Notes: generated from the letters alone by a model not told the origin. DNA of 64,000 nt from Mytilus californianus (GCF_021869535.1 NW_026262700.1:620001-684000), one strand, 5' to 3'. Shown: positions 38,806-50,369, counted from the stretch's first letter. Numbers and translations are program-made.

Positions 38806-39225
38806 CCCCCCAAGGGTGACTGGGGAATAGAAGTATGGTCACCATTGGTCTTCCTCCGACCGGCAGTAAAACCCGTGCTAAAGTGGGGCGTCCGTTTGGC
38901 TGTGCGGGATGTACAAATTTGCAGCCACGTCCGGTCAGAATGGGGACGTTAAATCCGATGCCTCGTGTAAAGAGAGTGCCACGCTCTTTGCACGTTAAGA
39001 ACCCTTGCAACAACTCTTTGAGGGGTCCGTAGGTGACCTGTTGCAAGGCTAAATTTCTGTCCCTATCCAATATACCCTCATTTCCCGTGGCAGTCTAAAT
39101 TTCTCCGACCTTAATCCCTTAATCTATTACAGAACCTACCTATTGTATTTATTGTGAACTTGTTCTCGTCCTGAATATGCATGAAATATTTGCCACTGGA
39201 CGTTAAGCAACCAACAATCAATCAA
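38806..39225 (+). mobile_element. SINE-like family copy, full length, young
   Basis: TSD tcaatacgctgcc at 38793-38805 and 39226-39238. Confidence 0.96.
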
Positions 39226-39378
39226 TCAATACGCTGCCTCTTTAAAACGCATTCTAAATATCCGTTACATTGTAAAATTATATGTATGAATCAATGATTT
39301 CTAAAATAACTAAAGTATGATAAAAAATTCAAGATCATGGTAACGTTATGTAGTTATGACAGGCTCTTCGTGTAAAAT

Positions 39379-39812
39379 CCCCCCCTCCCCCTCCCCCCCC
39401 CCCCCCCCCCAAAGGGTGACTGGGGAATAGAAGTATGGTCACCATTGGTCTTCCTCCGACCGGCAGTAAAACCCTTGCTAAAGTGGGGCGTCCGTTTGGC
39501 TGTGCGGAATGTACAAATTTGCAGCCACGTCCGGTCAGAATGGGGACGTTAAATCCGATGACTCGTGTAAAGAGAGTGCCACGCTCTTTGCACGTTAAGA
39601 ACCCTTGCAACAACCCTTTGAGGGGTCCGTAGGTGGCCTGTTGCAAGGCTAAATTTCTGTCCGTATCCAATATATCCTCATTTCCGTGGCAGTCTAAATT
39701 TCTCCGACCCCAATCCCAGACGCCTCTATTACAGAACTACCTACTGTATTTATTGTTAATTTGTTCTCGTCCTGAATATGCATAAAATATTTGACACTGG
39801 ACGTTAAGCAAC
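39379..39812 (+). mobile_element. SINE-like family copy with a 32-nt 5' C-rich run
   Basis: TSD tcgtgtaaaat at 39368-39378 and 39813-39823. Confidence 0.95.
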
Positions 39813-40761
39813 CAACAATCAATCGTGTAAAATTCAGTGATTGATTTTTGGTTTGACTGTTTACAAGTCCATGCTCTATAGTCATTGCGTGCAGATCTGT
39901 GTCATTGAACTTATAAACTGTTACACCAGTCACTTATGCTTGCAATTTGGAATTGCTCTTTAAATGAAGATTGTGCCTCCTCTTATTTTGTATAAGGGAT
40001 GCACCATAGACTAAAAGCCCATTTCCCCAGGTTTGAATCAAATCATTATTTATAGAAAATAAACCGAGAAACCTCATTTTAAAACATATTTTGTCATCTG
40101 TTGTAGTACACCAGAATTAGACGTTAATTGCGATGCCATGCTCTCTGCACGTTAAGGGCCCTTGCAACGACTTGCAAATGCCCTCAACTGTATTAACACC
40201 AACGTTATACTGTATGTGCACCAAATTTTGTGTTGTATGTCAAAAGTGTATTGATATAATAAAATTCAGAAGAATACTTTATCCAAGGATTACAATAAAC
40301 AGAAACTCTTAAAATAATATTGAAAATGACTTGATTACATTTATTTTAGATCTTGCCAAAACCAGATGATTCCTTTTAAAAATCTTACTAAAAGACCTTT
40401 AAATTTGTCAACATCATTTATTCCTCGTGGTATAGACCATGACAATGCATGCGTGGATGCAAAAGGTATTCTACCATCAAATTCATAGTCATACAAAGAA
40501 ATCTCAATCTTATTTGTAAATCCTGTATTTTGTTTGCTTCTTTAATGAATATTTGAATTTCTCCAAAGCAAACATTTACTTCTTTCTTTGAAAAACTCAA
40601 ACCCATGTTATTTAGAATTTTATTCACTAAATTATAGTACTTTTTTCATATTTTCATTTGCAAATTGGGTTTTGAAAAAAACATTATCAAGATTGTTTGC
40701 TAATAGGAATCCTTGCCCAATCACATTTCCATGTTTATCTATTCAATCTGTATTGCCATAA

Positions 40762-41014
40762 AGAGGCCTGGGTGGCCTAGTGGTCTAAGTAATTACTACT
40801 GTAATCACTAGCCAGTCAACACTGAGGTTGTGAGTTCGAACCCCGCTCGTGCTGGTGCACTCGACTCCAATCTTTATTGACTAGGATAGTCAGTTTACCT
40901 ATCGAAGGTCGGTGGTTTTCTCCGGGCACTCCGGATTCATCAACCTTTAAAAACTGACCGCCACGAAATAGCCTAAATGCGGTGCTTAAAAGTGGCGTTA
41001 AACACCAAAAAAAA
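40762..41014 (+). mobile_element. tRNA-derived V-SINE (RUDI-like), complete
   Basis: A box tggcctagtggt, B box gagttcgaaccc, V-domain ggttttctccgggcactccgg, tail tggcgttaaacacc(A)8, and 13-bp TSD tgtattgccataa. Confidence 0.9.
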
Positions 41015-41301
41015 TGTATTGCCATAACACTTCATATATCCAGTATGTGACACAACATAACAAATAAATATAAACAATAACTACAAGATCATTAATATAC
41101 ATAATAACAGTTAATATTTCAAGAGTCCCCTGTCCTCAGTTCTATAGACTGTTGGAAGGATCGGAGCTTTTTTACCTGATTGAGTGATCTTAGGTTGAGT
41201 GTATATGTAATTTAAAGTGCATATTCTCTTTTATCAATAAACTTTTCTATTATAACAATATGAACAGGATGCATATTTAGAGCAAGTTAAATATCTTTCC
41301 G

Positions 41302-41474
41302 CCCCTATCACATTTACCCCCTTTTTCGAGTGGCAGTCTAAAATTCCCCGACCGTCATCCAGGATTGCCTCTTTTACAAGAACTTGTATTCACTCTTTCG
41401 AACAGCGGTATACCAATTTTCTGAACATGCATTATATGTTGATTTCTGAATGTTAAGTTATCAACAATCAATCA
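41302..41474 (+). mobile_element. SINE-like family, highly decayed 3' fragment
   Basis: gtggcagtctaaattccccgaccgtcatccaggattgcctc...caacaatcaatc. Confidence 0.7.
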
Positions 41475-42749
41475 TTACAATTCTTCAATGATGAGACTAT
41501 TTATCAGCATAACTTTTATTGACGTGCAACTAAGAAGAACGCTGGATCAAACCATAAATTATTTTAAAATACATTTCTTACACAAATCTAAGGAACAGTC
41601 AAACTAATTGTTTTAATCATTTATTAAAAAATGCTAGAGATGAGAAAATATTAAATATATCATGTATGTCCATCTTTCAGTGTTTAAAAGGTTAAAAACA
41701 AAATCATTGTTTTGCTCTGGATACTGTATTTTGACAATTAAAAAGCTTTTTTCCCCAAGTGACATAACATTCCGTGAAGGTCTGAAAAAGTTACTGACGC
41801 AATAGGTCTTTGATATTGTTTCACTGAGACTCTGAATTGCTTAATAACAAACTCTGGCTCTGGCCTATTTCTTTAACCATGTCCTTCTTTTCTTTCCACT
41901 CATTATGCCCACATTTCCACGAACTTCTTTGTCTTATTATTCTTTTATCATCCATCTCACATAATTTAACACTAAGGAAGTCAGATCTCTATGCCAAAAT
42001 TGATTTTGAGAATTTTTCCTCTTTTGGCGCCTAATTTTCAGTAGCAGTTTCTGCATGATGGAAATACGTTTCCGTCAACCCATCCCCTGCTTTTGCTGTG
42101 TATATCCATTTTATCTACAATAGGGCGACAATTAAGTAAATGATCGTAATATGCTCCTTTCCCCATCTCTCTTTATAACTTCGACGCACACGAATACAGA
42201 TGTCACTTTCAGGTGTATCAATGCTTTGAACCCTTAAAATTAATCCTCGCAAAGCAATCGATTTTTTCCTTTTTTCATTCTAATAGAGAAAAAAAAATAA
42301 TCTATAAAAATAGTCGATTAAAGTTAACATATTATCTATAGTCTTAAAAACGATTGAATCTTGTCAAATGTAATACAATTATAATAAAGGAAAGTGACAA
42401 TACAGAAAGTGACACAATGATCTATAACATATGGTCGATTTATGGTAACATCTATTACAAATATAAAAAGAGGAAACATTTTCTGAAAACTGATGTCAAT
42501 TTCTCAGTAAAACTGGTTGGTTCAAGGTTACATCTACTGCAACTATCTATAACAATTTGTTGAATTTATTGTAAAAAATAGTAAAATAATCAATAGAGAA
42601 AGTGACATCTTCGTCCTTTAAAAAAATGGGCTTTACAAAAAGAATAAAGACTAATTTTGGTAAACATAATGCCATCTTTGGATATATGGAATCAATAACA
42701 GAGATTAAACAGGATGCGAGTGCAAACAACTGTCGTATCCCAATAAAAT

Positions 42750-43200
42750 GAACACTTTTAACGACCTCCAAGGCTTCGGATTGGTATACTCTATTGGTAA
42801 CTGCATTTATTTGTCACAAGCAGTATATTGTTCGGAAAACATTGTATATGATTTCACAAGATTGTCAGCCTTCTTTTTTCAGGAGGTCAATTCCTCTGTT
42901 CAGGTACTCCTTGGATGTGTGCTTTTCCACATGAAGACACATTTCAATACGGGCCCTGAGTTCCTGGTGGTCAGTTTCTGTACCAAAGCAAGCTACACTG
43001 GCAGATTTGGGTAAACTGTTTCCATCTCCGATTACTTGGACTGAAAACCATGGAATGAAATCAGGTTGTAAAGCTTGTCCGTCTGCAGTAAGGTTATAAA
43101 TACCTCATGAAACCTTGCGATGGTCCCAATTCCGGTACGATAATGATCGCATGCCTTTTGCTTCAAACAGGAAGAGGAGTGTAGATATCAATGCCAAGAC
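42750..43200 (-). pseudogene. Possible DIRS/Ngaro gag-like remnant
   Basis: Weak resemblance only (HYRTGIGTIARFHEVF...LYN...FH; His/Cys remnant). GC-richer than its flanks. Confidence 0.25.
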
Positions 43201-43460
43201 CGACATGACCAGCCGATTGATCGAACCGGGTTCATCCGACGTCAACCATCGACACGGGTAGCAACCCACGGCCTACTGATTGGAAAGCCTATTTTATTTA
43301 AAACATCGGGCAACTCGTACGATGTTCGGTTCACTTTAGTCTACTTTAGCTGAGGGACCCCCCTGCCAACTGGAGCTAAGGTTAACCTCCCCCAGAAAGG
43401 CTCGGCGCTGACCATCCTGCAAGAGAGCCATCAACTCCACCTGCGCCCTCCAGTGAATGA

Positions 43461-44026
43461 TTGATTGATTGTTGGTTGCTGAAAGTCCAGTGGCAAATAT
43501 TTCATGCATGTTCAGGACGAGAAAAAATTAATAAATACAATAGGTAGGTCTTGTCATAATAGGGGCCATTCGAGATGATTGTCGTGGAAATTTGGACTGT
43601 CACTGGATTGATTGATTGATTGTTGGTTGCTTAATGTCCAGTTGCAAAATGAAGGTATATTGGATAGGGACAGAAATTTTGTCTTGCAACAGGCCACCGA
43701 CGGACCCTTCAAAGAGTTGTTGTAAGGGTTTCTCACTGCATTGAAGACCTATTGGTGACCTTCTGCTGTTGTCTGTTCTATGGTCGGGTTGTTGTCTCTT
43801 TGACACATTCCCCATTTTCATTCTCAATTTTATTCTTAACGTGCAAAGAGCATGGCATTCTCTTTACACGAATGCTTCGGATTTAACGTCCCCATTCCGA
43901 CCGGACGTGACTGCGAATTTGATACATCCCGCACAGCCAAACGGACGCCCCACTTCGGCAAGCGTTTTACTGCCGGTCGGGAGAAAACTAAGTGACCATA
44001 TTTCGTTTCCCCAGTTACCCTTGGGG
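43461..44026 (-). mobile_element. Old SINE copy carrying two nested insertions
   Basis: TSD cc(c/t)tccagtg(a/c)atga (15 bp, 2 mismatches). A ~35-40-bp own-family tail fragment sits at ~43607. An unrelated repeat at 43731-43834 splits gggtt|cttaac. Confidence 0.85.
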
Positions 44027-44092
44027 CCTTCCAGTGCATGAACACTGCAGGGGAGTTGATTTGCGACAAAGAGAAGGTCCGGTGGATTGTGC

Positions 44093-44500
44093 CAAAAGAG
44101 GGACGATGGATACCAGAGGGACAGTCAAACTCATAAATCGAAAATAAACTGACAACGCCATGGCTAAAAAAGAAAAAGACAAACAGACAAACAATAGTAC
44201 ACATGACACAACATATAAAACTAAAAATAAGCAACACGAACCCCACCAAAAACTGGGGGTGATCTCAGATGCTCCGGAAGAGTTAGCAGAGCCTGCTCCA
44301 CATGTGGCACCCGTCGTGTTGCTCATGTTATAAAAAATCCGGTAAATAGTCTAATTCGGTAGGTCACATTCATGAGAGGGAAGGGGATTATAGTTACGAT
44401 GTAAGGAACATATCCGATATCATCTGTGAAATGGTTATTCCAAAACGGTCAACCAACTCGTGATGGCGTCTGTAAAATTTACGAAGGGATGATTTGAACT
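44093..44500 (-). mobile_element. PLE-derived repeat including the RT C-terminal coding fragment
   Basis: Reads EVKFKSSLRKFYRRHHELVDRFGITISQMISDMFLTS; body matches 23035-23414. Confidence 0.65.
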
Positions 44501-44629
44501 TCACTTCAGCCAGAATGTGCCTAACCAGGACTGGCCCCCGGGCTTCACAGCTGGAAACTGGACAAGACAGTCCAACTCCGACCGCTCCACCCTGCCCCCC
44601 CAAAGCGAGGTGTTTCCACACGTCAAATA

Positions 44630-45130
44630 AAACGGCGACTCATTTCATTTTCCGGATGTCAAAGAAGATACGCTTTAAAAAGCCGTATTGGACAGCGATC
44701 AGATTTATTTTCATACAATCTCGGTTTAACTTTACGATTCTCTTTTTCTTTGGTACCATCACGAGTTTTCGTAAGCCTCGCAGAAAATTCGAAATACTTA
44801 AGGTTATCCACAGCGTCCTTCTTCATTAGAATATCTCCCAATTGTATTTGCCGATGTTCATTTCTACCACGTAGTCCAAAACATTTTGTAATATAGTACC
44901 AGAGAGAAAAAAAATAAGTATTCTAGGTGTACCATCACCGAGCTGCCCTTGTTCCCACAACACATCTTCTTCATCCTTACTTACAGCCTTTGAAGCATTC
45001 CGCTTATGTCCTTTTCCTAGTTTTTTTCAACTGGACCTTTTTTGCAGAAATTGCTCTTGTTGACAAATTAAATTCCTTGTCACGTATTGAATGAGAGTAC
45101 TCTTTGTCCTTTAAATGACTCTCAATACTG
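44630..45130 (-). pseudogene. Crypton-type tyrosine recombinase (DUF3504) remnant
   Basis: SIESHLKDKEYSHSIRDKEF...AKKVQLKKLGKG...EEDVLWEQGQLG...CFGLRGRNEHRQIQLGD...TKTRDG...RCPIRLFKAY. Confidence 0.85.
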
Positions 45131-46143
45131 GCACGAATACCGTCGAACGTCCCCGGTAAGTGTTTTAATGCCTAATTACGTTTATAAGAGCACCAAAATT
45201 AACATGATATTTTTTCGTTCATATTTTTAGAATATCCAAAAAATACGATTTTGGTAGCTACTGCCACTTTAAGATTTTAAATGATACATTTGAGCATTGG
45301 TCATTACATTATTTACCTCTAAGCACACAGAATTTCATAAATTAAATTTCATGCTCTCAGGCAATACAAGTATTATGTGTGCACTTCGTGCCTCTAATTC
45401 TAATACTGTAGATTCAGTATTTATTGCATCCTTTTATTATTCCATTTTGTCAGTTTAGACAAAGTCGATCAAAATAGCAACTTTAATAAAAATTCTTGCT
45501 TCCAGCTGTTACATGTATGCTGAACACTTTTTAGTTCAGTTATTGTGATTATAATACAGTGGTCATATTCAAATGATAACAATTTCACAGTTTAACAAAG
45601 CAACTCATGGTGGCATTCAACTGGTTCACACCTCCCACAACATCATGAATACAGTTTTAGAAAAAAAATCTATTTTTAAGTTAGAAGAACAATGACAAAA
45701 CAAAAAATTGTTAAGAAATTAAAATAAAATATGATAGTTGATATAGTTTCAGTGTTAATATATTGCTGTAATTTTTGACTTTCTATATTAGTATAACACC
45801 TCTCGAAAAAGTAGGGATATAGTGCATTCACTAATTTATAGTACATTCATCATTTCATCCCCATACAAGTTTAAATTTCTATTGGGCAAAACGTTTTCAT
45901 TTTTGGTTTGTAGTTTTAACATACTAGGATGTTATTCATGAAGTTGTGTTATTGTATTGAAGGTTACAATTATGAACTTATTTGTATAATCACCAACAAT
46001 ATCCTTTGTGACATTAATATTTGATTTTTTATAATTTGAATTAAACGCAGCATGGTTGATTGTAAGTTTTTTCTTCTTCTGTATATAGCCACAGGCCTGC
46101 CTACCCTTAATAGTACTGAGATGGATCAGATGGAGAAGAAGTA

Positions 46144-46840
46144 TTTTTTGGGGTGTTTTAACGCCACTTTTAAGCACCGCATTTAGGGTATTTCGTGGCG
46201 GCCAGTTTTTATTGGTGGAGGAAGCCATAGTGTCCGGCCCCCCAAGGGTGACTGGGGAATAGAAGTATGGTCACCATTGGTCTTCCTCCGACCGGTAGTA
46301 AAACCCTTGCTAAAGTGGGGCGTCCGTTTGGCTGTGCGGGATATACAAATTTGCAGCCACGTCCGGTCAGAATGGGGACGTTAAATCTGATGCCTCGTGT
46401 AAAGAGAGTGCCACGCTCTTTGCACGTTAAGAACCCTTGCAACAACTCTTTGAGGGGTCCGTAGGTGATCTGTTGCAAGGCTAAATTTCTGTCCCTATCC
46501 AATATACCCTCATTTCCCGTGGCAGTCTAAATTTCACCGACCTTAATCCCGGAAGCCCCTATTACAGAACCTACCTATTGTATTTATTGTTAACTTGTTC
46601 TCGTCCTGAATATGCATGAAATATTTGCCACTGGACGTTAAGCAACCAACAATCAATCAATCAATCAATCAATCAAAGTGTCCGGAGAAAACCACCGACC
46701 TTCTATAGGAAATCTGACAATCCTAGTAAATTAAGATCGGAGTCGAGCGCACCCGCACGAGCGGGGTTCGAACTCACAACCTCAGTGTTGTCTGGCTAGT
46801 GATTACAGTAGTAACTACTTCGTCCACCGAGGCCCCCTTG
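46144..46840 (-). mobile_element. V-SINE (RUDI-like) copy with A-box deletion, split by a SINE insertion
   Basis: Homologous to 40762-41014; TSD gaagaagta at 46135-46143 and 46841-46849. Confidence 0.88.
46238..46676 (+). mobile_element. SINE-like family copy nested in the V domain of RUDI
   Basis: TSD agtgtccgg at 46229-46237 and 46677-46685. Confidence 0.96.
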
Positions 46841-46859
46841 GAAGAAGTAACCTACATCT

Positions 46860-47040
46860 TTGATTGATTAATGGTTGCTTTATGTACAGTGGCGATTATG
46901 TCAAGCATGTTCAGGACGACCATAAGTTAACGATAAATTCAATATGTAGGTCTTGCAATAGAGGCCATCCGGGATGAAGGTCTGGGAAATTTGGACTGCC
47001 ACTGGAACTTGAGGGTATATTGGGTTATGACAGAAATTTG
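46860..47040 (-). mobile_element. SINE-like family, old 3' fragment
   Basis: Diverged tail and 3' body. Confidence 0.8.
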
Positions 47041-47699
47041 CAACTTGAAAAAGAAATCAAAATGGAAGAAGTTAACCTGAGGAAAGAACAGTTCTACTGT
47101 TGAAAGAAGGAGGATGGCATTGACTGCACAGTACTAGACTAAGTGTTATTCCTCAGAGACAATGGAATTTTGGAAAATTCTTTTCACTTATTTCCCAGGA
47201 AAGCTCTTAGATTTGTCGGGAATAAAAACTACTGGAAAGGTTTTAAGTGGTTAATCTGTCAGTGGTATATTTTGACTCGCTATAATAATGAATAAGAAGA
47301 ATTATGGTGAACAGATCACGACAAAAAAAAACAAAAACACCCAATTCAAGATTAATGTACTAGTATTTTAATATTTTAGTATCTTAAATGGATCTGGAAT
47401 TTTTAATTTAATTTAAGTTTAGTCCGTTTTGTCGCCACGACCACTAAGACCCCCTTGTAATCATTTTAAATTGTTCAAAAATGTGCATAAGAAATGGTGC
47501 GAGATATGCGCCAATGAGACAGCTACCCAGTGAAAAGAATATAAGGTAGAAACATACTATCTGCGTGTCTCCATGTGGCCTTTAATAGTGAGTAATTGCC
47601 CATACTAGCCAAACAAGCACTTAAGACCCCGAAACCAATGTTAAACATTTTAATTGAATTCTTAGTTTAAGTTTCCTATGCTGCTGTCCTGCGCCAAGA

Positions 47700-48122
47700 C
47701 CCCCAAGGGTGACTGGGGAATAGAAATATGGTCACCATTGGTCTTCCTCCGACCGGCAGTAAAACCCGTGCTAAAGTGGGGCGTCCGTTTGGCTGTGCGG
47801 GATGTACAAATTTGCAGCCAAGTCCGGTCAGAATGGGGACGTTAAATCCGATGCCTCGTGTAAAGAGAGTGCCACGCTCTTTGCACGTTAAGAACCCTTG
47901 CAACAACTCTTTGAGGGGTCCGTAGGTGACCTGTTGCAAGGCTAAATTTCTGTTCCTATCCAATATACCCTCATTTCCCGTGGCAGTCTAAATTTCTCTG
48001 ACCTTAATCCCTTAATCTTTTACAGAACCTACCTATTGTATTTATTGTGAACTTGTTCTCGTCCTGAATATGCATGAAATATTTGCCACTGGACGTTAAG
48101 CAACCAACAATCAATCAATCAA
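47700..48122 (+). mobile_element. SINE-like family copy, full length, young, no visible TSD
   Basis: Intact head and tail; flanks do not match each other. Confidence 0.93.
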
Positions 48123-48194
48123 TTACCCATTTGCCACTTTGAAAATTATATACTATCATGCATGTTATTCAATCCATGATCTTGTATGGGAAAG

Positions 48195-48615
48195 ACCCCC
48201 AAGGGTGACTGGGGAATAGAAATATGGTCACCATTGGTCTTCCTCCGACCGGCGGTAAAACCCTCGCTAAAGTGGGGCGTCCGTTTGGCTGTGCTGGATG
48301 TACAAGTTCGCAGTCACGTCCGGTCAGAATGGGGACGTTAAATCCGATGCCTCGTGTAAAGAGAGTGCCACGCTCTTTGCACGTTAAGAACCCTTGCAAC
48401 AACTCTTTGAGGGGTCCGTAGGTGGCCTGTTGCAAGGCTAAATTTCTGTCTTTATCCAATATACCCTCATTTTCCCGTGGCAGTCAAAATTTCCCCGACC
48501 TTCATCCCGGACGGCCTATATTACAGGACCTACCTATTGTATTTATTGTTAACTTGTTCTCGTCCTGAACATGCATGAAATATTTGCCACTGGACGTTAA
48601 GTAACCAACAATTAA
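48195..48615 (+). mobile_element. SINE-like family copy, full length
   Basis: TSD tgtatgggaaag at 48183-48194 and 48616-48627. Confidence 0.95.
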
Positions 48616-49312
48616 TGTATGGGAAAGGATTTGTTTAGGCACTGCCTTGTGTCCAATCCATTTGTTTAAATGTACATTTGAACAATAAAATATTTTGAAT
48701 TGAATTGAATTGAAATCGTCTTTGCTCAGTCTTTCATCTTCATAGACTTTCCTCACTAGGTTCCAAACTTGTTTTACATTTCTAGCATTTAAAACTCCTT
48801 TGTGTTCACATGAAACTGAACCATTTAATATGTTTCCCTGTAAACATCCATGGCAGTTTTGTCATCTGACTTTATGTCATGTTCTATTTTTCTTAATACA
48901 GAAGGAGCAGTGCGCGTATACTCAGGGGGGATGTGACTGTTTACTGTTCCCATGGCCAACGGGAACATACACATATATCTCCCTCATAATGCACAAGTAT
49001 TAAGCTTTTGTTACTTTTGAAACTTTTTTTACCATGAACTGTTATTTTGATATCTTAATGTTTAGTTTGAAGATTGTTTGATTTGTATATATGTTAAATA
49101 ATCAAAAAAATCTAAACTCAAAGTATTAACTGAACAAAATTATAAAATACGTCCAAGAGCTATATTTAACTATCAATTTATATGTTCAAGAATAAATAAT
49201 AAGGCACTGTCATCTTTGAGTTTGACTGTCCCTCTGGTATCTTTCGTCCCTCCTTTAAAGTTTAAGTACTAAATTTTCTACACTTAACCTCTAGTCTCCA
49301 GCTTATATATAC

Positions 49313-49646
49313 ATAGTTCAAAGGTACCAGGATCATAATTTAATACGCCAGACGCGCGTTTCGTCTACATAAGACTCATCAGTGACGCTCAGATAAAAGT
49401 TATAAAGTAAAACAAGTACAAAGTTGAAGAACATTGAGGACTCACAGTTTCAAAAAGTTGTACCAAATACGACTAAGGTAATCTATTCCTGGGATAAGAA
49501 AATCCTTATTTTTTGGAAAAATTCAAAGTTTTGTAAACAGGAAATTTATAAAAAATGATCATATAATTGATTTTCATGTCAACACCGAAGTGCTGACTAC
49601 AGTCTGGTGATACCCTCGGAGACGAAACGTCCACCAGCAGTGGCAT
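49313..49646 (-). ncRNA. Near-complete retrozyme monomer with an intact minimal type I hammerhead ribozyme
   Basis: Minus strand reads GCGUCA-CUGAUGA-GUC uuaugua GAC-GAAAC-GCGC-GUC|UGGCGU. Predicted cleavage is between 49351 and 49350. Flanks match the 18.4-kb copy. Confidence 0.9.
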
Positions 49647-49844
49647 ACAATGTTCAACCGTTAAAAGACATTTCGAATCGTTATCTTTCATCCAGTCTGG
49701 TTTCTCAATCGGTCTTCAATAACGGTTACACGGTTCAGATTTCTCTTCAATATCGGGCACGACTAAAGCTTGGTGTTCGAATAACCGTTTTTGTTACCAC
49801 CATGAGATCTGCCCAGAAATTTTTAGACGAATCCGTCAATCCGT

Positions 49845-50180
49845 TGTTGGGTTGCTGCCCGTGAATTAGTAATTTTGAGGAAATTTTGCAGTTTTTGGTT
49901 ATTATCTTGAAAATTATTATGAAGATGTTCAGCAAAGTAAGAACTACAAGTAAGTTAACACGATCAAAATTGTCAATTGACTTGCCCCTTTAGAATTTAT
50001 TGACCTTTAAATGCAATTTTCCACAATTTTTCATAGAGCTTGTAAATCTTTAACCCGAAACTAAGGAGATAAATGCAACCAAACCTGGCCACAATCTGCA
50101 TTAGGGTATTTAGTTTTAAAATGAGTTTTAACATGGCCAACATGTCTAAAAATAGAAAATACGGCTTAAAATGCAGTTTA
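49845..50180 (+). mobile_element. Decayed internal fragment of the 7.4-kb HINE family
   Basis: gttgttgggttgctgccc...ggaaattttgc.gt.tttggttattatcttgaa is shared with ~7755-7830. ggccacaatc and ctaaaaatagaa are also shared. Confidence 0.75.
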
Positions 50181-50369
50181 CAAGAACATATGGTGCCTCT
50201 AGTTTTACAAAATAGCAAGTAGGTTGCTGTCGCCACCACTTAATGAAAAGCAATTTGTTTCATGGATATTTATATAAATTTTGGTAAACTAGTATTTTTG
50301 TTTCAGCGTGATTTTATAGTTGATTAGAAATAAAGTTTCTTTTACGGTTGTTGCCTGTTATCTATTTCT

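Noticed and set aside
38870-38930. tRNA-derived A/B boxes in the dominant SINE (tgctaaagtgg; aagttcgcag in older copies)
   Set aside because: They are poor matches located ~65 nt inside the element, there is no cloverleaf, and the B-like motif is lost in the youngest copies.
38806-38960. HDV-like, pistol or twister ribozyme in the SINE head
   Set aside because: I tried several registers. No P3/L3 sits directly before a P1 3' strand followed by GG. The pistol linker length and GCG are absent, and there is no twister consensus. Only a simple pseudoknot is supported.
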